Of a stretch of 64,000 nt of DNA, positions 11,471 to 23,610 are shown one piece after another. The notes beneath the pieces were generated by a model. That model saw nothing but the letters and a program-made list of their open reading frames with translations, made no database searches and was not told the origin of the DNA. Position numbers and translations under genes: made by a program. This DNA is from Octopus sinensis (Eukaryota). Location: assembly GCF_006345805.1 (NCBI RefSeq), contig NC_043002.1, forward strand, positions 1,922,001 through 1,986,000. The letters are read 5' to 3'. How positions within the stretch are numbered: the stretch's first letter is position 1; each line of letters begins with the position of its first letter.

Positions 11471-13650
11471 ATAGATATAGAGGTATCGATGTAGATATAC
11501 GAGACGAATGAGTTTAGTGGATGGATGGCACAAGTCTTACCATTATTCGGCAACGAGCTAACTTTGAATGCCATCGATCTACCTCTTAAATTGCAATGGT
11601 GTCCAGCTCGGCTTATAAAGTGCAAACATTTGGAAACCAAATGCATTTAGCAACTCGTTAAGCACTTCACAGAAACAAACGTATCTTATTGCTTTGAAGA
11701 TGTTACCAAAATACTTCTTACTACCAGCGTCATATTCCATCCGTTCGTACAAATGTTGGTCTGTGGCAATGGAACAGCTGCAACCTCATGTGACGCATGA
11801 TTCACAGTGGAAACCGCAGAATCGTGTTGTTGATTTAACTACAGTATATTCCGTGGTAGTTTTATAGGAAATACAACTCAGTAAAACCTCGTCAGGTCAC
11901 ACAAACAATAAACCATTTTTCTCTTAAATATTTAAAATAATCAAGTGGACAGCAGCTGCAACAACACGAAGCCAATAATCTGTAGACATTCACAAGAAAA
12001 CGAGTGTCTCACGTAAAACTAATTTTCCTCATTCAGTTAATCCTAACGAAACGAGCACAAAGATACTGAAATCAGCAGTGGTTTTAGAACTGTCCGCCTA
12101 AAATCATTAACGAACGTACAGAATACCCTGTAACTCTGCGAACTTATATCATTCCAGTATCTCCATTTAACAGTTCCTTATAATTTTAACCAGAACACGT
12201 ACAAAGTAACATCAGTTTCCTAATTGGAAATCTTAAAACATCTGCGGCAAAGATAATTGAAATAAGAAAAAAATCATTTCCGGGTTAACAAGACCGTACA
12301 CGACAAAGAAGGACGATTTAACCTAGGGGTATCTTAGAAATCCCGAAATGCACCGAATTTACAATCTGAAACGCAACGTCACGTGGTTTCGATTTTAAAG
12401 TATGTAACCAGATGATTGAGTGCAGCTGAAGTGAGATGGATGAGGATGTCAGGTGTTCATCGGCGATTTGATTAAATAATTAAATAAAATTTATGTACAA
12501 CGCACCAAGTATTAGTGACCTAAGATAAATGTGTCTAACATGAATTTATCTTTGTTCGAGAGCAGAATAATGAAGGGGCGCTGGTCCCTTAAGAAATCTT
12601 CATGAAAGGAGTGAATAAGCGAAGAGAATGAAAGTGTGTATTTTCATCTGATTAACGTATCGCAATGGAGGCTTTAAACAATTGCAATATAATTACATTG
12701 AATTACAGAAAGTCTCTTCCATTTGTGAAGGTTTTTCACTAGATCAAGTCAGTATTTTAGGTTTCCTACAAATATAGCCAGATGCGTCTTGACGTCTTGG
12801 ATTAATATATTTCTCCTCAAGCCAGAGATGCCCCAAAATCTTAAATAAGGAGAATGTAGAAACTATCGAAGATCATGAAACATTATTATGGTGAAATGAA
12901 AGATCATGTTGAGTGTCACTGGCGAGGCACGTGAAGCGAGTTTTAAGTCCGAAAAAGTCATGGACGAACCGGTGCTGTTATGAAGTCATTAGACAAAGGT
13001 GTTAAATGCTGCCGATAAGCGGAAAAACCTCGGGAATTTAGGTCTCTGATGTTCCATTGCCTCATCTATAGTTGTAAAACTTTGGGACCAAGCCTCTTCT
13101 CAGGATTATGGATTCGCATTGATCGCATTTCGTATCCAACCAATGACTCTGCTCAGAAAATGGCGTCTCGTTACTTATATAATCGTTTGACCATGTTGCT
13201 CGATATTTCGAGTTAGAACCTGCTTACCGTGTTTTCGTCACTGAGGGCTCGGTTAGCGGCTCCTATTGGTCGACCACATGCCAAAGGTCACGGAAGATAA
13301 GGAGGTATCTTGCAGAGATAGGAACTGACTCTTAGGACCCAGCCTGGCGGACAGCCCGGGGGTGGGGGAAGGATATATATCGACAAATGATGAATGCAGG
13401 AACACGCTGCAACGCTGCATGACCCCCACATCTTATCTGAAGCGTTTCCTCTCTACCGACACCAAATACGCAATTCTTTCTCGAAATTACTTAAGCGACG
13501 ACAATATTACATCTCGTCTCTCACCAGCCACAGTAACAGGATAGCAGTAAGAGTCTTTGATTGGATTAGCGTTAACTAATGAGTATGAAAGCGTCGGTCA
13601 AAGGTTGTTGAGTTAAATTATATTGAAACATAAGTGTCGTGTGTGTGTAT

Positions 13651-15415
<1,765 letters not shown>

Positions 15416-15440
15416 TTTAGGCTCCTGTCTAAATTAGGAA

Positions 15441-16054
15441 TAAATATTCTTTTCTGCTCTAGGCACAAGGCCCGAAATTTTGGGGGAGGAGCCAATCGAT
15501 TAGATCGACCTCAGTACGCAACTCTGTCTTAATTTATCGACCCCGAAAGGATGAAAGACAAAGTCGACCTTGGCGGAATTTGAACTCAGAACGTAACGGC
15601 AGATAAAATACCGCTAAACATTTTGTCCAGCGTGCTAACATTTCTTATTCCTTTATTGCCCACAAGGAGCTAAACATAGAGGGGACAAACAAGGACAGAC
15701 AAAAGGATTAAGCCGATTACAGCGACCCCTGTACGTAACTAGTACTTAGTTTATCGATCCCGAAAGGATGAAAGGCAAAGTCGACCTCGGCGGAATTTGA
15801 ACTCAGAACGTTACGGCAGACGAAATACCTATTTCTTTACTACTCACAAGGGGCTACACACAGAGAGGACAAACAAGGACAAACAAACGGATTAAGTCGA
15901 TTATATCGACCCCAGTGTGTAACTGGTACTTATTTAATCGACCCCGAAAGGATAAAGGCTAAGTTGACCTCGGCGGAATTTGAACGTAGCGGCAGACGAA
16001 ATACCGCTAAGCATTTCGCCCGGCGCGCTACCGTTTGTGCCAGCTCACCACCTT
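15441..16054 (-). mobile_element. Head-to-tail array of three SINE family A units
   Basis: gtcgacct(c/t)ggcggaatttgaac and cgaaagga..aaag recur three times. Units are about 15441-15640, 15641-15829 and 15830-16054, and only the rightmost keeps the full head (aaggtggtgagctggcac). Confidence 0.9.
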
Positions 16055-16379
16055 CTTTCTAATTACTAGTAACGAAAATGTAAAGAACTAATAACTGCCT
16101 ACGTAAAATTAGCGTAGAATAGAAAACAAAAAATAATGAAGCAGGAAATATCTCGCTGAAGGTATTATATTCAGAAAGAAATATTCTTCAATTTTAGGCT
16201 AATTAACAGAATTTCTGTATGGAAGACACGAAGAAATTTAAATTATGAAAATTGACAGATTCAGAAGAGAAATAAAGGTAGAAAATTTATTAATATGATA
16301 AAGTAGTTTTAAAGTGCAAGTAATTAGTCAATAAATTAATTTATCTTAAGACAAATTGCAAAACGAAACTAAAATAACA

Positions 16380-16456
16380 CATATATATGTATATAAGTGT
16401 ATATAAATATATATATGTGGTTGTGGGTGTATGTGAATGTGTACTTATATGTATGT

Positions 16457-16510
<54 letters not shown>

Positions 16511-16547
16511 TATATATATTATAGGTATATATATATAGGTATATATA

Positions 16548-16601
<54 letters not shown>

Positions 16602-16602
16602 T

Positions 16603-16670
<68 letters not shown>
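16380..16670. repeat. (TA)n/(GA)n compound microsatellite
   Basis: Read directly. Confidence 0.95.
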
Positions 16671-17558
16671 CATATATAAGATCCAATGAAGCAGTTTTTG
16701 TCTGTTGAAACATTTGTGGAACTTTTCAATGCTAAAAGTGCTCCAATTTTCTCCAGAATCTATGACACTTGCATTCCATCAATTTTCGTTACACTGTAAA
16801 TCGTATCTAAGTCTTCCTTCATAAATATCTCCCACGCCAGAAAGACTGGAGTTATGTCTTTCATAAAAGAATATATGTAATGGAACGGACACCGAATAAA
16901 GTCTGCTAATACAATCTATTTACAAAGCGTGTATATTGAAAATTACTAACTCATTGTAATAGAGAGTAGGATAGCCATAAATATATTTATTATGATCTTC
17001 ATTAACGTAATGAAGAATTTCTATGGGTGAATTTGATTTAGAGTATTGTCTCAAAGCTTTGCAATATGGCAGAGAGAAAGGCAGTAAATAAACAATACCA
17101 TGGTATATATCTTCAAAGGTTGCTTTCTTTATGAATAGCGTTATTGCACACCATGCCATTCAACGTTCATAAAATCGATCCCAAGGCATATTCCACCAAT
17201 ATTGATGCTGGAATAACATATTCATTAAATAAGTAATCGGGGAAGCACTGTGCTAGTTTAGTCAATTTAACTCAACAAGCACTGATACACTATACGCACA
17301 GCATCCTGCCACAAATTGCAGACTATTGTGGAAGGAATTCGTGCTAATGAATCTCTCACTTCAGTTTGGCACTGTGCACTTGTAGAGCACGTTGACAGAA
17401 AGGATGTGGAATCTTATTTATCTTACATTGATGAGGATATGTAAACTTATCTATCTTACTTCGGCTAAACATGTGTTCCACTAAAAAAAAAACTCTCATA
17501 CAAGGGCACAGTCCGCACTTTTCAGAACTATAAGATAAACAAACCGATGCACACACCT

Positions 17559-17607
<49 letters not shown>

Positions 17608-17712
17608 CGTATGTTGACTACAATTACAAATAGATAGAAAGTGTAGTTGTTATTTTAGTATGTTGTTTACCTTGAAAAGTATTGTACATATATGTCCACT
17701 TTTATATTGCAA

Positions 17713-17744
<32 letters not shown>

Positions 17745-17933
17745 GGGATTTTTGGGAGTAACTATCTTTGAAGACTCATATTGTCGTTGAATGCTGGAAA
17801 TGAAGAGTAGCTCGACAGCTGACAACTGATGAAGGGTCCTTTCTCTCTGTTTACTTGTCCTAGTTTCCAATTTTTCTCGATGTTTACATATTTCATGTTG
17901 TTTGAGCAGTTCGTGGCATCCTGTAACCATATA

Positions 17934-17985
<52 letters not shown>

Positions 17986-18010
17986 ATATATATACTATAT
18001 ATAATTACGT

Positions 18011-18054
<44 letters not shown>

Positions 18055-18084
18055 TGGGTGTGTGTATGTATGTTTCGTTGTGTA

Positions 18085-18268
18085 TGCCTGTGTCTGTTTT
18101 GCACCCCCCCCCATTCCATCGCTTGATAACCGACGGCAAAAGAGACCGATAGAATCAGTACTAAGCATGCAAAGAATTAGTTCTGGAGTCAATTCCTTCG
18201 ACTAAAGGCAGTGCTCCAGCATGGCCGAAGTCAAGTGATTGCAACAAAGAAAAGAACTAAAGAATAAA
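18085..18268 (+). mobile_element. SINE family B, 3' part
   Basis: cggcaaaagagaccgatagaatcagtact...actaaaggcagtgctccagcatggcc; its reverse complement occurs at 42125-42275. Confidence 0.75.
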
Positions 18269-18641
18269 ATTCTGCTGAGGCCACTTATACACATCACTTT
18301 ATTGGATATTATTAGAATGGATAAAAACTTGTTTTAGCCCAAGAGAAGAATACATTCCGAAATGAAATTACCGCGAATTAATCTAACAATAAAGAGACTT
18401 AATCATTTGAGACAGTGTCTGTGGAAAGCTGAGAATGTTTTCGGGGAAATGTAAGAATTAGCGCTATCATTTGCATCACGTGATTTTCACAAACTTTGGT
18501 TCATATAAACACACATATATATATATGTGTAAATGTGTACAAATAGGTCCATGGGTTATATACGGACGATAGAAAACAACAGAAACATCTGTACAAAGTT
18601 GTCTGATATATATATATATATACATGCACACACATACACAC

Positions 18642-18681
<40 letters not shown>

Positions 18682-19929
18682 ACTTACACATGCATACATA
18701 CATAGACATACACGTATACACACACACACACACACATATGACTTCAGGGAGAAATTGAACTGAGATATCTTTTCCAACGAAACTTTATCTTGCTTATGTG
18801 TATCTGCCAGCCAAGGTAATTAAAAGCAATTTTCAATTATATATAATTTCAAAGTATTATCTTTTCCTAGAGTGACAGAAAATAATTACAATCTAAATTC
18901 CAAAGATACCTACAAGATTATTATTTTTTAATATAGATTCAATGCTTTAAAATAAAATGTAAGTATGATATATAATAAAAGCAATTTTGTCAAATTGATG
19001 TCACAATTGTCTTTCTGTCGGTTAAAATCCCTCGGGCCATCGAAACAATTCAATCTTTAGTTTGAAACTTGAGTCTTTTGTTATATCTTTCAAGAAATTT
19101 AAATATATTTAAAAGATGCCCAACTACAATGATCTTTCAAATTATATTCTATATCAGTTTTGTTTGTAAGAAATTGCGTGACGAGAATCACACATAAAAT
19201 ATATAAATCAGAAAAATATTTTGCACTGAATGAAAATACATACAAAATTCTCATTATATAAAATTTTGACTCTGAGGAGAGAATTTTTCGAATTAGTTTT
19301 TCGGTCTATCGACAGCTACCAAAATGACTTCAATTCATGTCAATAGCCAACTTTTGTCATATTTCTTTGCGATTTTCTTTGCTTTAGGTTTTCTGTTTTA
19401 TTTTTCTTTTCTTCTTTTATTTTTTCGTAATTATGAGAATTATACAAACGGGCAATTTTTCTCTCTCTCACTCTCTCTTTCTCTCTCTCTCTCTTTTTGG
19501 CTCATTCAAAGCTATCTGTTCACCGATCAAATTTGTGAAATTTCGACTTCATAGTCGTCTTTAAAAAGATCGAAGTATATTCTAAACTGTTACTTTGCCT
19601 AGTAACAAAGATCAAATATTGGAACTAATTGGGTTAATTAATTATTCTGTGAAATCTTCATTCGTTGAGAATTGTTAATCGCATCAGTCTCTATGTGCCT
19701 GAATAAACTAAATTCATGCCATTCCTCACTGGTGATGTTTCTGTCATGTTCCCAATTTCAGTTCCACCAATTATACTCGTGATAATGTTTCGTAACACTT
19801 CTACACGGAAAAAAGACTTTTCGCAGGATTAAAGCTCGTTCGCGGATCGTTTTCTTCGCTGAAAAGGTCTAATATAATCAAAATATATATCCCCTTGCCG
19901 GCTACAACATTCTACATGTTTCGCCCAAA

Positions 19930-20194
<265 letters not shown>

Positions 20195-20831
20195 GCGGGC
20201 AGAGAAATTCGACTGATTGCGTATATATGCGGATGTCCGCTTGCATTGGATGGTACCGTCGTGGTGATATTAATTTTATTGACTTTTTGTGAAATGACAC
20301 ATTTTAGTAATATATTGGACCGTTTAATATATATGCCTGCTTTGAGTGTGAGTGTATCTATTGTGGTTTCTTGATGTTGGTTTCTTGATGTGGAGTTCAA
20401 TATGGAACATTATTGTGTTTGTTGATGTATATTGATGTATATTGTTTATATTGTATTATTGTGTATATATATATATGTAAGAATATGAGTGTGTATGCAC
20501 ACATATTTATATTTATATGTATTTTTTTTAGGATTTGTACTCATACTTGCATTAAAATCTCTGAAGAGGCCGTGAGACATTCTTGTTAATGTCTCATTTA
20601 TACCTGCTTTATATGGCTAATAGGTTAAATGGGACATACCTGTCTTCACGGCCGAAACAGCTGTCAGCTACAATGTAAATGTATTTCTATTTCTATTTCT
20701 ATGTCTTGTTATATTTGTACAATATTAATGTATAATATCATTGCTATTGTGTAGTGGTTTAATAAAGTATTGATTGGGTATTATCTGATAGGTGATGATT
20801 GATTTAGATATATTTCTCCATTTTCTCATTT

Positions 20832-20833
<2 letters not shown>
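20195..20833 (+). mobile_element. PLE pseudo-LTR-like terminal segment with hammerhead and downstream AATAAA
   Basis: Bounded by (TA)n on both sides, contains a canonical hammerhead core (20561-20665) and aataaa at about 20761. No ORF, so assignment to PLEs is inferred from the ribozyme type. Confidence 0.55.
20559..20667 (+). ncRNA. Type I hammerhead ribozyme motif, canonical C3:G8 core, extended stem II
   Basis: ct CTGAAGA GGCCGTGA..(insert)..TCACGGCC GAAA C AGCT G TC ag. Stem III is the palindrome ACAGCTGT, triplet GUC, predicted cut after 20665. Stem I is only 2 bp. Confidence 0.75.
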
Positions 20834-20876
<43 letters not shown>

Positions 20877-21022
20877 TATATATATAAGAAAATAGTAAAG
20901 TGTGAAAAAACGACAGAAGGCTTAAATGTTAAAAAATATATATATTTGTGTAAAAATGTCTGGAGAATATTGGAAAAATTTTTTTTCCTTTCCTTAAAAT
21001 GACATAATTTTAAAAATTTTTA

Positions 21023-21062
21023 AAGAAATTACCGGTTTCGCGTGTAGCTTTTCAAATTTCTT
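21023..21062 (-). ncRNA. Minimal type I hammerhead motif, U3:A8 core (mirror of 23167-23206)
   Basis: Minus strand: aagaaat TTGAAAA GC tacac GC GAAA CCGG TA atttctt. Confidence 0.7.
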
Positions 21063-21198
21063 GTGACGTTATGTTTATATTGCATGGAATTATCGTTGTT
21101 TTTATTTCCAGGAGATTTCTAAATAAGGGGAGGTAGTGAGTGATTTTTTCCGGTGTAGGGGAGATAATCGCTTAAAATTTTTTTTTCCTTTTTCCTTG

Positions 21199-22665
21199 TT
21201 AATTTCTCTGTGTCAGTATGTTCGGATGGTTGAGTCTGGGTTTGTACTTTTCAATGAAGAATGTTTCCTTGTTCAGTCTCATTTGTGTTGATGATCCGAA
21301 AACACATTGGTAAAATGGGAAGATTAAAAATTGTGGCAGTAGTTGCTTTGCGCATTTCTCAATGTGCTCACTAAAAGGTATCATTCTATATTCTGGGAAT
21401 GCAATCTGTTGTCGATGCAGTGTGCATCTGCGCCTGAGTGATAGTCCCGTGGAACCCACGTAGTCTTGGTGGCAGCCCGAGCATTTAATAACATAAATTA
21501 TGTTTTCAGAGGCACAAGTAAAGTTAGATTTGATCTTAAATTTCTGTCCCTCTTTAAAGAAGAATTCTGATTCTTCCAATAGGTTAGGACATGTTGCACA
21601 GTTCGATCTACCACATTTTTTTACTTTTGCATCCGTAATTTTAGAAGACAATTTTGCCTTTGTGAGAATCTTTTTAAGTGATTTAGGCTGTTTGTAGCTT
21701 TTAATGATTTGGTGTATGTTTAGAATTTCCTTTAATTTTGGGTTTTTATGAAGTATTGGTAAATTCTGGGTGATGATGGTGAAGGCTTCTTTGTTTCTGG
21801 GGTTGTATGTAGATATGTAAGGTAGTATTTTCGGGGAAGGTGTGTTGTTGTGTTGAACTTTTCTTAAAGTTTCTATGTTGATTTCCGTTGCACGTCTGAT
21901 CCCATCCTCTATGAGTTGAGCTGGGTAATGTCTGTCAGTTAGGGTGTTTTTGAGTTCTTGCAGTCTAAAGTTCCTGGTATTTTGTTCTGACACTATTGTG
22001 CATATCCTTCTTGCAAGGTTGAAGGGGATGTTTGTTTTAGTGTGTCTTGGGTGGCATGAATTAAAAAGAAGGTATTGTTTGGCGTCTGTGGCTTTGTAAA
22101 AAATGTCTGTTTCTATTTTAAGGTTAATTTTTTTAATTAGTATATCCAAGAACGGGAGCTCCTTTTGGTTGTATTCCATTGTGAACTGTATATTTGGGTT
22201 TATGCTGTTCAATAGGTTTTTAAATTTTAGGAGTTTATCTGTTTTCATTCCAGAGAATGAACAATCGTCTAGGAATCGTTTCCAATTCTCTTTTATGTAT
22301 TGAGAGAGGGAGTTTCCAAAGATTGATAGAGATTCCTGGTAAATGATTATTTCCATGTATCCCATTGTTAAGTTCGCAATGACTGGTGCTGCCCTTGTAC
22401 CCATAGCAATTCCGGATTTTTGACGGTAAAATGTATTGTCAAACATGAAGTGGTTATTGTGTAGGATGAATTCAATTGATTTAGTAATGAATTCCTTACT
22501 GATCCTTTTTGGTATTTCTTCCGGAAATTGGTCTAACCAGAATTGTATTGCCTCCAGTCCATAATTATGAGGAATACTGGTATACAAGTTGACTACATCA
22601 AATGAAACCAGGATTGTTTCTTCCTTGGTTTTTTTTGGGAGGTGGTTTAACATATCTAAGTCATC
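21199..22665 (-). CDS. PLE polyprotein fragment: reverse transcriptase (LVSFDVVNLYTSIP, GIAMGTRAAP, RFLDD), Cys linker (CGRSNCATC) and GIY-YIG endonuclease (IIYVIKC..C..YVGST)
   Basis: 484-aa ORF in the track. The frame continues upstream as DDLD to the inversion junction at 22665/22666. The Cys-rich linker suggests a Neptune-like clade. Confidence 0.92.
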   Translation of the reverse strand, partial: DDLDMLNHLPKKTKEETILVSFDVVNLYTSIPHNYGLEAIQFWLDQFPEEIPKRISKEFITKSIEFILHNNHFMFDNTFYRQKSGIAMGTRAAPVIANLTMGYMEIIIYQESLSIFGNSLSQYIKENWKRFLDDCSFSGMKTDKLLKFKNLLNSINPNIQFTMEYNQKELPFLDILIKKINLKIETDIFYKATDAKQYLLFNSCHPRHTKTNIPFNLARRICTIVSEQNTRNFRLQELKNTLTDRHYPAQLIEDGIRRATEINIETLRKVQHNNTPSPKILPYISTYNPRNKEAFTIITQNLPILHKNPKLKEILNIHQIIKSYKQPKSLKKILTKAKLSSKITDAKVKKCGRSNCATCPNLLEESEFFFKEGQKFKIKSNFTCASENIIYVIKCSGCHQDYVGSTGLSLRRRCTLHRQQIAFPEYRMIPFSEHIEKCAKQLLPQFLIFPFYQCVFGSSTQMRLNKETFFIEKYKPRLNHPNILTQRN

Positions 22666-23030
22666 TCTTCTTTAAAGAGGGACAGAAATTTAAGATCAAA
22701 TCTAACTTTACTTGTGCCTCTGAAAACATAATTTATGTTATTAAATGCTCGGGCTGCCACCAAGACTACGTGGGTTCCACGGGACTATCACTCAGGCGCA
22801 GATGCACACTGCATCGACAACAGATTGCATTCCCAGAATATAGAATGATACCTTTTAGTGAGCACATTGAGAAATGCGCAAAGCAACTACTGCCACAATT
22901 TTTAATCTTCCCATTTTACCAATGTGCTTTCGGATCATCAACTCAAATGAGACTGAACAAGGAAACATTCTTCATTGAAAAGTACAAACCCAGACTCAAC
23001 CATCCGAACATACTGACACAGAGAAATTAA
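22666..23030 (+). pseudogene. Inverted duplicate of the GIY-YIG coding region
   Basis: FFKEGQKF...HPNILTQRN* is identical to the C-terminus of 21199-22653 except V to A. The N-terminal part of ORF 22602-23030 is antisense RT sequence. Confidence 0.9.
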
Positions 23031-23166
23031 CAAGGAAAAAGGAAAAAAAATTTTTAAGCGATTATCTCCCCTACACCGGAAAAAATCACTCACTACCTCC
23101 CCTTATTTAGAAATCTCCTGGAAATAAAAACAACGATAATTCCATGCAATATAAACATAACGTCAC

Positions 23167-23206
23167 AAGAAATTTGAAAAGCTACACGCGAAACCGGTAA
23201 TTTCTT
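23167..23206 (+). ncRNA. Minimal type I hammerhead motif, U3:A8 core
   Basis: Stem I aagaaat/atttctt (7 bp perfect), core TTGAAAA, stem II GC-tacac-GC, GAAA, palindrome ACCGGT, triplet GUA, predicted cut after 23199. It lies in the 3' UTR of the PLE ORF, sense strand. Confidence 0.7.
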
Positions 23207-23382
23207 TAAAAATTTTTAAAATTATGTCATTTTAAGGAAAGGAAAAAAAATTTTTCCAATATTCTCCAGACATTTTTACACAAATATATATATTTTTTAA
23301 CATTTAAGCCTTCTGTCGTTTTTTCACACTTTACTATTTTCTTATATATTCACCCACGTGCTTTACCAAACAAACTTTCTTA

Positions 23383-23428
<46 letters not shown>

Positions 23429-23610
23429 ATATATGAGTTTAGAGGGATATATTATAGTGGCGGATAGCGTCGTAGATCTCAGCATCGATTAGTATCTAAT
23501 GTCTATGACTACCAAGAGTTGTCCCTCTGTCAATTCCTCCGATGTGTAATTCCGTGTTCGCTTCACCTGATGGTAAATATTGTCTGGAGTGTATATTAAC
23601 GATAATCATA

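Larger units (their letters stand above)
20880..23349. mobile_element. Young Penelope-like element, 5' truncated, with 684-bp inverted duplication of its 3' end
   Basis: Arms 20880-21563 and 22666-23349 are reverse complements with 3 substitutions by manual comparison. Both outer ends run into ATATAT. Confidence 0.95.

Noticed and set aside
12377-12387. acgtcacgtgg CRE/E-box overlap
   Set aside because: A single short motif with no independent promoter evidence.
13100-13560. GC-richer stretch with two short ORFs
   Set aside because: No motif or structure I can support; probably an old repeat.
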